Positions 50,022 through 61,290 of a DNA stretch of 64,000 nucleotides are shown one piece after another. The stretch comes from Podarcis filfolensis. Lineage: Eukaryota. The stretch is from the NCBI GenBank assembly GCA_964270895.1, contig OZ185441.1, one strand, 5' to 3'. The translations under genes and the position numbers were made by a program. Position 1 is the stretch's first letter. Every line of letters begins with the position of its first letter. The notes beneath the pieces were generated by a model. That model did not search any database. It saw only the letters and a program-made list of their open reading frames with translations, and was not told the DNA's origin.

Positions 50022-50457
50022 ATAACACCGGTCCTGAAAGTCCTACACTGGCTCCCAGTACGTTTCAGAGCACAATTCAAAGTGTTGGTGCTGACCTTTA
50101 AAGCCCTAAACGGCCTTGGTCCAATATACCTGAAGGAGCGTCTCCACCCCCATCGTTCTGCCCAGACACTGAGGTCCAGTGCCAAGGGCCTTCTGGCGAT
50201 TCCCTCACTGCGAGAAGTGAGGTTACAGGGAACCAGGCAGATGGCCTTCTCGGTAGTGGCACCCGCCCTGTGGAACGCCTTCCCACCAGCTGTCAAAGAG
50301 AACAACAACTATCAGACTTTTAGAAGACATCTGAAGGCAGCCCTGTTTAGGGAAGCTTTTAATGTTTAATAGGTTATTGTATTTTAATATTCTGTTGGAA
50401 GCCACCCAGAGTGGCTGGGGAAACCCAGCCAGATGGGCGGGGTATAAATAATAAGTA

Positions 50458-50499
<42 letters not shown>
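50022..50499 (+). mobile_element. L2 LINE 3' fragment with (AAT)n tail
   Basis: VLTFKALNGLGPIYLKERLHPHR...FRRHLKAALFREAFNV plus UTR. Confidence 0.93.
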
Positions 50500-50500
50500 T

Positions 50501-50670
50501 GTTCTCGAAGCCACAAACATGAGTCTGACCAAACTGCGGGAGGCAGTGGAAGTGGAAGACAGGAGTGCCTGGCGTGCTCTGGTACATGGGGGGGGGGGGT
50601 CACGAAGAGTCATACACGACTAAACGACTAAACAACAACAACAATAATAATAACAATAACAACAACAATA
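50501..50670 (+). mobile_element. RTE-BovB LINE 3' end
   Basis: gaccaaactgcgggaggcagtggaa...gtcacgaagagtc..cacgactaaacgactaaacaacaac, then (CAA/TAA)n. Confidence 0.85.
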
Positions 50671-50674
50671 ATTA

Positions 50675-50730
50675 TAGATGATGATAGATGATGATAGATG
50701 ATAGATAGATAGATAGATATAGATGATAGA
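50675..50730. repeat. Imperfect (GATA/GAT)n microsatellite
   Basis: Read directly; a related (GATA)4 lies at 50007-50022. Confidence 0.9.
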
Positions 50731-51469
50731 TAGGCTAGGTTTCACCTAAGTTTTGCTATGGATAGTATCTTTTCCTGGATGTAACAACAATCCAAGTTTG
50801 CAATGTGTGTTCCATCACATGAGCGCATGGCACTGCGTCATTTGTGACGCTAATGCAGGAAGTTAGGAAGCGCGACTCCCGCAGCTCTCAAAGCCGGTGG
50901 CACTTTCATAGGCCAGCCTTTCATCAAGTAAATTCCTGAATGTTGACCAAACTCTTCCAAAGCCAGGCAGCTAATGGAGCAGGATGCATGTGATACACTT
51001 GCCATTACAGAGTCACCGATAAAAATCCTTTCCCAGAGGTCCTGTATGAATGGAGATTTCTTTTTTTTTTTTTTTAAGAAAAATAATTTCTCTTCAGTGG
51101 TTTCTTTCATGGCACAAGAAGGGAGGTCATGTGTTTTAGTTTAACTGATACATTCCAATAAAATGATTTTCAAAGGGATAGGACAAATAATGGGTGTTTT
51201 ACATATGGTGGCTGTGGATGTCAGATGGAGTTAATTTCACTGTAAACAATGTATTTGTTATTCTGAAAGCTGGTTGCAATTCATTTGAGAGGTTTCTTCT
51301 CTCTCTCTTTTTTTTTTTTTTGGAAAAAATTAAGTTTATCTAACAAACTAATAAAATGCCCTGTGAAGCCTTTATGGCTGTCACAATACGATGACTGATG
51401 AGACTATGTTTCTTTAGCACAATAAAGATAAAGGTTACTGTCACAGAATGTTCTCTCTCAAGTGCAAAA

Positions 51470-51665
51470 TGGAGATATTTAAAGGCATATCAGCTTGTAT
51501 TTAAAGGCAAAATGCACTATACTAAGAAAAACCGCTTTGCAAAAATGCGTATATTAGGAAAAATTCACATTAAAATGCTGCTGAATTTTAAGGAGGGCTA
51601 TTGTTTTAGGAAATGCAAATTGATGTGGAAATGTGGAAAAGTGAACTTAAGATTGGAAAAATGAG
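51470..51665 (-). mobile_element. MITE family A fragment
   Basis: gcaaaaatgcgtatattaggaaaaattcac...gtggaaatgtggaaaagtgaacttaagattggaaaaatgag. Confidence 0.55.
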
Positions 51666-52053
51666 TCCTGGTGGTGACTTTACACTGTGCTCAAGGCCTT
51701 GCAATAATTCTGTTGTAACTTACCTGTAATGTGTTACTGCTCTTGTTTATAAAACTTAATATATTAGAATTTTATAAAATGAAAAAATGCAAAAAATTGA
51801 AATCGAGAGATCTTCCCTTCCTTAGCTGTGGCCATTCGCCACATCATATCAGCAGTTGCCTATGATATGTGGCTGATAAATGGTGAAGTGGGCAGTAAGC
51901 TTCTTGATGTTTCTCTCCAGCAAAGAATAGCTAAACTTACAGCCCCTTTGAATGGCTGGCTGGTTGCTCAAGATTTTAATTAGTGCTCACTTCCACTTTA
52001 CAAGTAATCTCCTTAATCTTATGAAACACAGAGGTGCTGTTTCTCAGACTCAG

Positions 52054-52055
<2 letters not shown>

Positions 52056-52141
<86 letters not shown>
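52056..52141. repeat. Compound microsatellite (CT)n(AC)n
   Basis: Read directly. Confidence 0.97.
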
Positions 52142-52144
<3 letters not shown>

Positions 52145-52145
<1 letters not shown>

Positions 52146-52321
52146 ATTCCCACTGATAAAATGCATTTTCTATTATATATAAATACTATGTTTTTTGCTC
52201 CTAATGTACACATTTTTGTGCAGTTAGTTTTTTTGGCTGGAGAACTCCAGCACAAAACTTGAAGGCATGTGAATTTTGAAGGACAAGTGGGTTTTGGTTC
52301 ACATTTTGTTTAGGATGTGTG
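52145..52321 (+). mobile_element. MITE family A fragment running into the gap
   Basis: tacacatttttgtgca...ttggctggagaact...gtgaattttgaagg. Confidence 0.55.
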
Positions 52322-52477
52322 NNNNNNNNNNNNNNNNNNNNNNNNNNNNNNNNNNNNNNNNNNNNNNNNNNNNNNNNNNNNNNNNNNNNNNNNNNNNNNN
52401 NNNNNNNNNNNNNNNNNNNNNNNNNNNNNNNNNNNNNNNNNNNNNNNNNNNNNNNNNNNNNNNNNNNNNNNNNNNNN
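52322..52477. other. Assembly gap (156 N)
   Basis: Run of n. Confidence 1.
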
Positions 52478-52639
52478 TTTTGCTACCAACCATGATTTTA
52501 ACCCAATGATACCAATCGTGCAATTTTTATTTGATAGTATCACAAGGCTCAGTGATGTATAATCAGCCTTTCGAGACAAGTTTCAGCCTCTGCTCTCTGT
52601 GTGTGGCGACTTTCTTTCTCTCTCTGTTCCTGGACACCA

Positions 52640-53330
52640 CTGACAGGCAGGCATTGTCCCTTCAGCGAGCTCTGCGATATTACTTTGACCCCGTCCCATC
52701 AATCTGCCTCAATTGGATAATGATCTGTAATCGCTTGCTTTCAGGGGAGTCTATAAATTTGCCAAGGCCCCTTTTCTCCTCTGAAGGACTCCTTATGTTC
52801 ATTCCCAATTGTGGAAGCGCTCTCTCTTTCACAGCGCTAAATAGCCACGCACATGGTACATTCTGTTCAGGGGCGCCTGGCTGTTGTTCGCTGTCGATTT
52901 TCCATGGGCTCTTGCACTCGAAAGGCGAGGCTAAGCATGACATGCCGGCACTCAGTGGGGAAGCTGGCCCAAGTTGCGCCACTTCAAGAGCAGCCACTTT
53001 TCTCATTAAGGATGACCCGTCATTAGGCCGCTTTGTATGGGCCCGCTAATCGATGAGCTGACCATGTAGTGCTTGGAAAATAAAAGAGGCTATTAAGAAG
53101 GAGAGCGCTGGGGTGGAGTGGAGGGAAATGAGGACATCAAAACCAAGTTAATGGAGAATTCTGACCTTTATTTGTGGTCTTTCGGCCCAAAGGTAACATT
53201 AACAGGGGCGCTTCGAGGAAGCTAGCAACAGTCAAACCCTACTGTGCTTAATTCCTCAACCATTCACAGGCCTGCTCATTCATTTAGTTGCCCCACCAGA
53301 TCAAATGAGCAAAAAGTGGGGTGGCTGGGG
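52640..53330. promoter_or_regulatory. Candidate conserved non-coding element / enhancer
   Basis: No TE signature; about 20 CpGs in ~570 bp; TAATCGAT (53047), TCATTA x2, TGACCTTT (53162). Conservation not measured. Confidence 0.4.
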
Positions 53331-53604
53331 AAAAGCTTATGTCCTTCCTTTGTTCCCTGGACCTTCTCCTTTCTCATTAACAGGGATCAGGAAGCCTTGC
53401 GAGGACCACTTGGGGGGAGAAGTCTGGGGATCACAATAACCCATACATATGCACACCACCATAGAGAACCGTGGGCGTTTTAAAACAATCCTTCCAAAAC
53501 AGATTAGTCAGCTTTAAAAGACAGGGATTTAAACTGTCATTGGGCAGCATTTGGTCTGACCTTCTTTGCATAATAAATAATATAAATAACAAAATTATTA
53601 TTCA

Positions 53605-53754
53605 CAACATTTAGAAGATGTCTGAAGGCAGCCCTGTATCAGGATTTTTTTTTTAATGTTTGATGTTTTATTATGTTTTTATATGTGCTGGAAGCTGCCC
53701 AGAGTGGCTGGGGAAACTGAGCCAGATGGGTGGGGTATAAATATTATTATTATT
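53605..53754 (+). mobile_element. L2 LINE 3' tail
   Basis: tttagaagatgtctgaaggcagccctg...ggggtataaatattattattatt. Confidence 0.85.
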
Positions 53755-53913
53755 AGACTGATAAGCTGATCCTATGCCATCAAAATAATTCAGTTGTGCC
53801 TTCAATCCACTTAATAATAAATTGCCTTCAACTGCCACAATCCCTTTAAGTACAGTCCCTTTGACTTATGTACAGTTGCCCCCTTTCATTTCCAAGTTGC
53901 AGCCTTAGGCATT

Positions 53914-54278
53914 GGACGTGGGTGGTGCTGTGGTCTAAACCACAGAGCCTAGGGCTTGCTGATCGGAAGGTCGGTGGTTCGAATCCCCACAACGGGGTGA
54001 GCTCCCATTGCTTGGTCCCTGCTCCAGCCAACCTAGCCGTTTGAAATCACGTCAGGTACAAGTAGATAAATAGGTACTGCTCCGGCGGGAAGGTAAACGG
54101 TGTTTCCGTGCGCTGCTCTGGTTCACCAGAAGCGTCTTAGTCATGCTGGTCACATGACCTGGAAGCTGAGTGCGGACAAACGCTGGCTCCCTCAGCCAGT
54201 AAAGTGAGATGAGCGCCGCAACCCCAGAGTTGTCCGCGACTGGACCTAATGGTCAGGGGTCCCTTTACCTTTACCTTT
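53914..54278 (+). mobile_element. Sauria SINE, full length
   Basis: Head ggacgtgggtggtgctgtgg, GGTTCGAATCCC, (CCTTTA)n tail. Confidence 0.93.
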
Positions 54279-54284
54279 AAGCCT

Positions 54285-54656
54285 TGTTTATGGGAGGGGA
54301 GGTTGTTGCCTCCGACTGCCCCTCCTCGTTAAGAGTATCCCATTAAAGGGATCCGGGGATGTGGTTCCTGTCCGAAGCCTGGGGGTGGGCTAGGGCCATG
54401 CCATGACCCCTTGGGGGACCCTGGGGCTGCTCTTAATTAATGTATATCATAGAGCTCCCCCTATCAGTGGTTGACACTTCAGAGACTTCCTGTAGATGGG
54501 CAGGAGTCAGGATATAGTCTGGCTTCACCCAAATGCCTAAGTCCAACCGCTCACATCTGTAACCAATAAAGTTGTGGCCTAATTTATCCCATTAACCCAA
54601 CATATTCATGTCTGTGTGTTTATTTCTGGGGGGAACTGCGGGCCTCACCACGCAAG
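54285..54656 (+). mobile_element. Solo-LTR-like segment
   Basis: Starts TG, GC-rich, AATAAAGTTGTGGCC ~90 nt before the end, candidate CA ends. TSD ambiguous. Confidence 0.45.
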
Positions 54657-54861
54657 TACAGGTGCCCCCTTTCATTTCCAATCTCCAGCCTTATTCCGCC
54701 CCCCCCATTGAATCAGCATCTCATAAGATTAAGCATGAGGGTTTCCACCAGAAGAGGATGGTTCCTTAGAGGGAATGAGGCACTTCCCCATCAACCTTAG
54801 CCTGGTCTCACCTACCTGCCTTTTTACTTGCATCCAGTCCATTGGGTAGAGAGATGGGAAC

Positions 54862-54917
54862 AAGAAGAAGAAGAAGAAGAAGAAGAAGAAGAAGAAGAAG
54901 AAGAAGAAGAAGAAGAA
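54862..54917. repeat. (GAA)n microsatellite forming the L2 tail
   Basis: Abuts the L2 3' terminus. Confidence 0.95.
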
Positions 54918-55790
54918 TATTTGTACCCCGCCCATCTGGCTGGGTTTCCCCAGCCACTCTGGGCGGCTTCCAACAAAGATGAAAAATACACTAAAATGTC
55001 ACATATTAAAAACTTCCCTGAACAGGGCTGCCTTCAGATGTCTTCTGAATGTCAGGTAGATGTTTATCGCTTTGACATCTGATGGGAGGGCGTTCCACAG
55101 GGCGGGTGCCACTACCAAGAAGGCCCTCTGCCTGGTTCCCTGTAACTTGGCCTCTCGCAGTGAGGGAACTGCCAGAAGGCCCTCGGTGCTGGACCTCAGT
55201 GTCTGGGTAGAAGGATGGGGGTGGAGACGCTCCTTCAGATATACTGGACCGAGGCCGTTTAGGGCTTTAAAGGTCAGCACCAACACTTTGAATTGTGCTC
55301 GGAAACGTACTGGGAGCCAATGTAGGTCTTTCAAGACCGGTGTTATATGGTCTCGGCAGCCGCTCCCAGTCACCAGTCTAGCTGCCGCGTTCTGGATTAG
55401 TTGTAGTTTCCGGGTCACCTTCAAAGGTAGCCCCACACAGAGTGCATTGCAGTAGTCCAAGCGTGAGATTACCAGAGCATGCACCACTCTGGCAAGACAG
55501 TTCGCGGGCAGATAGGGTCTCAGCCTACGTACCAGATGGAGCTGATAAAACAGCTACCCTGGACACAGAATTGACCTGTGCCTCCATGGACAGCTGTGAG
55601 TCCAGAATGACTCCCAGGCTGCGCACTTGGTCCTTCAGGGGCACAGTTACCCCATTCAGAACCAGGGAGTCTTCCACACCTGCCTGCCTCCTGTCCCCCC
55701 AAAACAGTACTTCTGTCTTGTCAGGATTCAACCTCAATTTGTTAGCCGCCATCCATCCTCCAACCGCCTCCAGACACTCACACAGGAACT
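54918..55790 (-). mobile_element. L2 LINE, 5'-truncated (RT C-terminal half + UTR)
   Basis: WMAANKLRLNPDKTEVL..VRSLGVILDSQLSMEAQV, frameshift, then VHALVISRLDYCNAL..LQLIQNAAARLVTG..HITPVLKDLHWLPV. Confidence 0.95.
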
Positions 55791-56324
55791 GGCTCTGGTG
55801 CCACCTACTGTTTGGCTCCCTACATTCTGCCCTACCAGGACCAATAATCATCAATCACCACTGGTTTCAACATGCATGCAAAGCCAAAACTACTGCCCTT
55901 CCACCACAGCTTGGACTCAGAGAGGCTCTCAGTCAGTCAGGGTAGAAGTCAGTGTTGTTTATTTTTTGGCAGCTGTTCTTTGGTGGCCCAGTTGTGCTTC
56001 CCAAGGACTGCTGTTACACTGCTCTGCAGGGCCAGATCTTCTCAAGCTTCTGAATGCAGCTTCCTTTGTTGCATTATGGGTATGCAAGAGTCTCAGTGGC
56101 TTCCACCAATTGTAAATATATGCTGGCCAATGGTAATCAAGGGTTACTTTGGGCAGTATACCATGAAGTGCAAATGCTGTGCGCGCGCACACACACACAC
56201 ACACAAATCTGTAATGGGTTTCCACCCCCAACACCCCTGAACAGTTTGGGGGAGGGCATGGGGGGCACATGGGGAGAGGAGAGGGAGGGGAATTGTGATT
56301 GTACAAGCAGAAGTCCTGGTGATC

Positions 56325-56508
56325 CAGGGGTGCCATCTGGAATAAAATATTGGGGGAACCAGGTAACACCCCCCCCTGCATAATCAACCACAAGACACAG
56401 CACGCACACACCATTTGAATGGCAACTTCCATCAATGGGAGGCTAGCCTCCTCAAATATTTAATAGGAGGGCTGAAGGGACCTCAGCCCCTAGGAGTTGA
56501 CTTCTATG
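56325..56508. mobile_element. hAT (Tip100-like) MITE
   Basis: CAGGGGTGCCA ... GGAGTTGACTTCTATG; flanks tggtgatc/ttgtgatt (6/8). Confidence 0.6.
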
Positions 56509-56619
56509 TTGTGATTGCAGAAGCTCATTGTTGGATACTGCCCATATTTATTTCCTCACTTTTCAACCTTAACCTAAATCCATAACTCCTTCCCCAAAAC
56601 CACTGGTCTTGGATGGATG

Positions 56620-56820
56620 GTGGAAAGACCCACCTGGCCTGAAAATCTGTTACCACAGTCTGCCCACGGGAAAGGCAGTATGCTTCCAGTTGCTGAAAAC
56701 CACAGGAGAGAAGAGTGCTATTGCGTTCTGGTTCTGCTTGGGGGCTTCCCATAGGCAGCATGTGATACCATGGCCAGATGGGCCACTGGTCTGATCCAGC
56801 AGGCTCTTCTTACTTTCTAA
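56620..56820 (+). mobile_element. CR1-type LINE 3' UTR remnant
   Basis: ggagagaagagtgc...gggcttcccataggca...gatgggccactggtctgatccagcaggctcttctt. Confidence 0.55.
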
Positions 56821-56824
56821 ATGT

Positions 56825-57283
56825 CAGTGGTGTAGCATGGAGAGGCCAGAGGGCCGTGGCCCCAGGAGCAAATTCATGAGGGGGTGCAACCAGGTGCCCC
56901 CACAACAGGCTCCCTCCTTGAGGCTGGAGCCTCAGGGAAGCAAGTCATATCTGGGCCAGACCTTTATGACTGCGGTGGCAGCGGTGCCTCCTCCTCTGGC
57001 CAGCGAAGGGATGGCGGTGCATGCCCCATCCCCGGGCTAGCTGAGAAGAAGAGAGGAAGAGAAACGTGGGAAAGCCCTGTTGTAGCCATGTGCAGGAGAC
57101 CACAAGATGGTGCCCATGGCTTTGTGTTTTTCTGCCTTATCTCTGCTCCCAGGTTGGGGCTAGTTTGAAAGGTGAGGCTCTCTTGATTAGATGCTGGCTC
57201 TTGAAGGGACTGAGCACTGCCCAGTCCACCGGGGTGCAACACCTGCACTGCCCCGGGCTCCAGCAACCCATGCTACACCCCTG
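56825..57283. mobile_element. hAT (Tip100-like) non-autonomous element
   Basis: TIR CAGTGGTGTAGCATGG/CCATGCTACACCCCTG (15/16); 8-bp TSD ctaaatgt/ctgaatgt. Confidence 0.82.
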
Positions 57284-59057
57284 CTGAATGTGCATACATG
57301 TCAGCGCTTCTCTATGCATGGAGTGCTTACATTACACGCTACCTTATTGCATGGTGGAAAGAGAGAGAGAGAGCATGTGCCTGTCCGCTCCTCCACCATG
57401 TGAAGCAAGATCCACAGCCAAGAGAGTGCATGAACCAGCCCTTTGTATAAGTCCCTTCTGAGATGAATCAAAGCGCTGAGATACCCACTTCAAAACAACA
57501 TCTGTCCAATGCGTTGTCCTCAGCCAGCATTCCTTTGCAGGCGCTCTGCTTTCCCATGGGGTTTCCTATTGCTGTCAGAGGCAAGCCAGCCAGGCCTCCT
57601 TTGACTCAAACCAGAGCTGCCTTGCGGTCCGTTTCTAGTTGGTGGCCAGAGCTCTGGACAAGATGCGTGCTGTGCCATGACTTTGTTTTCATTACCGCCA
57701 GGATTATGAATGATAAGCATCTTGGAGGTAATTTGTTTCCACTGTGTTAAAAATTCCATTGGAAAGTCGCCTCCCATTGTAACTATTAAACGCCTAATTG
57801 ATATCATGTAACAAAAAGGAGCCTTTTTTATTTTTTAAAGCTTTTCTGAATTCTCAGGGGCCCTAAATGAGCTGTAGTAGAAACTGTTTGAAAGCTCTGT
57901 TGTTGCCTTCCAGTCATTCATCATCGCTGTGAACACATGGGAAAAACTCTTCTTTGAAAATAGCCTATAAGGGATCCATATCCTAGAGAGATGGAGAGAG
58001 AACCCAGTAACATTTGAAATCAGTAATAACTTATGAACAAATGGGAGGGGCAAGATGCGGATATTATCTATTTATTTATTTTCAAAGTCAATGCCGGCTT
58101 TGAATAATTACAATGTAAATTCACCATATTTATCTCCCTCAGAATCACCAAATCTAAGTTGTTTAACATTTGTAGAAGGCACAAACCAGAAAAATTGCAC
58201 ACCTTGTCCTTGGATTGCCTAACAGGTATCAGGTGACCTGTTTCTGCTTCTGGGGGATATTCACCAAAGTGGATATATCTCACTTCATCATTTGGACCCA
58301 GTCTGGCAAATTCTTCTGGAGAAACCCATGAGGTATCCAACTAAAGCACAGAAATTGCGAGAAAATAGTTGTTTTGCCATTCTACTCCCAGAATCAGATT
58401 GAGGCAAAAGAACAAAACCTGAGGTAAAGAAAGACTTGGAAATGCCTGTTGCTATTGACTGAGAGATCTCTGACTTAACTAAATTGAAATAAGTCAACCC
58501 TCACCATTTGTTCTCCTGTTGTAGCAGACGGTGTAGTTTGGTGAAACTGCGGTGTAGCACCCTGCTTGTGGTTAACGCTTAGCTGGAATGAAATATTCAA
58601 CGCAGCAATAGAGAAATTAAAATAATAATTTATTTGTCAGACAAATAAATGAGAGACACAGTGGTATATGGTTACCAAAGCTCTGCCCACTCCAGCCCTG
58701 ATGGTCAGCACGTATATTTCCTCAGCCCAGCCCCCTTGCTCCTCCTTTGGCTGCCTCTGTCCAATCAGCCTGGTTGAAATTTCTATTGGCTGTTTACTAG
58801 AACCAATCATAAAAGATACACCCATTTCCTATTACCTTTTATGGGAGACAAAGAGCTATATTTCCTTCTATCTATAAATGCAAACAAGTAGCCATATATC
58901 TTACATTTGCCTCAACAAGGCACCTTAATTACCAGATCACCTCTTGCCCTCCTTGCCCTATTGCCCTCCAAAACAGATGGCTAATGGTTTTAAATTTTTA
59001 TCTTAAACAGAGGTCAGAGATCTTGGGTTCACATTCTCACACACCATCAATGAAAGA

Positions 59058-59197
59058 TCTCCTTCTTTGGAGGTCTTTAAGCAGAGGCTTGACAACCATA
59101 TGTCAGGAGTGCTCTGATGGTGTTTCCTGCTTGGCAGGGGGTTGGACTTGATGGCCCTTGTGGTCTCTTCCAACTCTATGATTCTATGATTCTATGA
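59058..59197 (+). mobile_element. CR1 LINE 3' end
   Basis: ttggaggtctttaagcagaggcttgac...gggggttggacttgatggcc...ccaactctatgattctatgattctatga. Confidence 0.92.
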
Positions 59198-59671
59198 AAT
59201 AAGAATCTAACATAAGAATCTAACATTTCTTACTTTCTAAATCCTTTGCATAATTACATTTAAGCCAATATATTTCATACATAACATATATAGATTTTTA
59301 GAAGCAAAGGCCTTTTCAAAGTAAAACTTCTTCAGTTTACACCCCCTTTCTTGGCCAGCTGCTTTTCCCATTAGCTCTTGCCCTTTAACCTGTGGCTCAA
59401 GTCTCTAATGGGAGACACATGGTATTATATTTTGTTAAACAATGAATCCTACTATTTACCAACTCTTAATTAGTGCTTTTGCAGCTTGATTGTATTCTGT
59501 AGGGTCAGTAACCTAGTAACCTTTGCTCTCAGCCTGTAATTCCCTTTTTACAACTTTGAGAATTTTGGCTCCTGCTATAAATCAGGGGGCCCTTGTCCAG
59601 GAGGATAAACATCTGCCAAAAGTCTTTTAGACAGCTGGTCTTCTGCCTGGCATTAAAAACACACAAGCATC

Positions 59672-59674
<3 letters not shown>

Positions 59675-59716
<42 letters not shown>
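59675..59716. repeat. (AT)n microsatellite
   Basis: Read directly. Confidence 0.97.
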
Positions 59717-59719
<3 letters not shown>

Positions 59720-60141
59720 GCTCATTTTAAAATACAAGTCTTGATCAGATGCCTCAGCGGCTCACTTGACCTTTGATCAGTCACGCTGCTGATGCTTACC
59801 AGGAGGCGGAGGCAGGGAGGTTGGTTTGTGCAAACACATCAGCGGGACAAATCCAGTACTAACCACTGGTGCGTTGGCACCCTGCAGACCTTGCCACCAC
59901 TTTGTCCCTCCCCCTCCTCCTCCTGGTGAGCAACGGCAACATGACCGATTGAAGATCAGGTTAGTGTTAGCACCTCACCATGCCATGAGTTACTGTTCAA
60001 AATGGCAGGGAGACTGGTGCAGTGAAAACTCACTGGTAGGAACACCTAATGGACTCTGCTGATGCATATGCACTGCACCAACCTCCCTGCTATCTCCTGC
60101 CCTCCTTACTGACAAGCAATAGTGACCTACCTGTTGGGAAA

Positions 60142-60179
60142 TCATTCATTCGTTCATCCATTTTATTTGTATGCTGCTT

Positions 60180-60210
<31 letters not shown>

Positions 60211-60300
60211 CAAAGTAGCTTACAATGAAGAAATGGATGCATTTCAAATAAACACTACAAAAACAATTTCATAATAACATGACAAAACAACAAAAACCAC
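60142..60300 (-). mobile_element. Old L2-like tail containing (CA)n
   Basis: ttttatttgtatgctgctt-(CA)14-ttcaaagtagcttacaa. Confidence 0.45.
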
Positions 60301-60679
60301 ATTTCGATGCTATAAATATAACAAGATTACTTAAAGAGCATGCAGCACCCATTAGCAAAAAATAGCAGGGAGCATCACAGTTTCACCTTAGTCCTAGGAA
60401 CTCCCCCCCCCCCAATGTTGCTCTGTCTGTCCATGCAAGCTCCCTATGTACCTGGGTCTTTCTGTGGACAACCTGAAATTGTGTTTTCTACCACCGAGTC
60501 CCTGATTAAATATGTGGATTTTTGAGTTCCCACTCCAGTCATGGAAGGACAGGGAAGTTTTGCTTCGCTGGAACTTCTAGGACAGAGTGGAGGGGAAGAA
60601 TATGCGAGTTTGCTGTTTTTGGTCCTGACCAAACAATTTATTAATCTCTCTTAAATATTAATAAGTTGCCTTTTTGAAC

Positions 60680-61020
60680 TGTGTCCACCCAAGGCGACAA
60701 ACAACAATGCAACTGTAAAAGGCACTATCCTAATAAAACTCTCACAATTCAAAAACCACAGAACCAGCCATATGTTAGACCAAGCAATATAAAACCATTT
60801 CCAAAATCATTGCAATAAACCGCTGAAATAGCTGTATAAAGAATACAAATACAAATAGCATGTCCAAAAGATACATCAGTTAATTGAAATGGGTGGGTTT
60901 TTGTTTTCGTTTTTACTTCTACAACTGGAGTGGCTAACCATGCATCTCTTGGGAAGGAATTCCATAAGACAAGGGCCACCACTAGAAAAACCCTGCCAAT
61001 CAAACCCATCTTAAATGTAG
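60680..61020 (-). mobile_element. Old L2-like 3' fragment
   Basis: gggaaggaattccataagacaagggccaccactagaaaaaccct resembles the L2 ggagggcgttccacagggcgggtgccactacc segment. Confidence 0.45.
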
Positions 61021-61290
61021 GCTACCAATGAGGGTCTCCGGCGCTGATCTTAAAGCACTGGCAGCATGTGGCACAATGCAATGGCAGGTAATATAAGGCT
61101 GGTGTCCATTTCTCCACTGTAAAGCATCTCAACAGAAGACACTTTGCAATGGAGAACTTGAGGAGTGAGTGGACACTCTCAAAGCTACTACTGTCCCCTA
61201 GAAATTGCAGCACTCACCTAAGCAGCTAACCCTCACACCCAGAACACTTTCCTAGTGCATGTAAATTTGCACTTGCCTAACATGCTTTGT

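Noticed and set aside
52276-52579. ORFs containing X runs
   Set aside because: Artefacts of the N gap.
52531-53049. 172-aa and antisense 108-aa ORFs as protein-coding genes
   Set aside because: No domain similarity or splice structure; GC/CpG richness explains the open frames. Treated as a regulatory candidate instead.
54999-55854. 162-aa and 109-aa ORFs as host genes
   Set aside because: L2 ORF2 fragments, 5'-truncated and frameshifted.
59199-59224. 13-bp tandem duplication ataagaatctaac next to the CR1 tail
   Set aside because: Ordinary local slippage or repair duplication; no matching copy at the CR1 5' flank.
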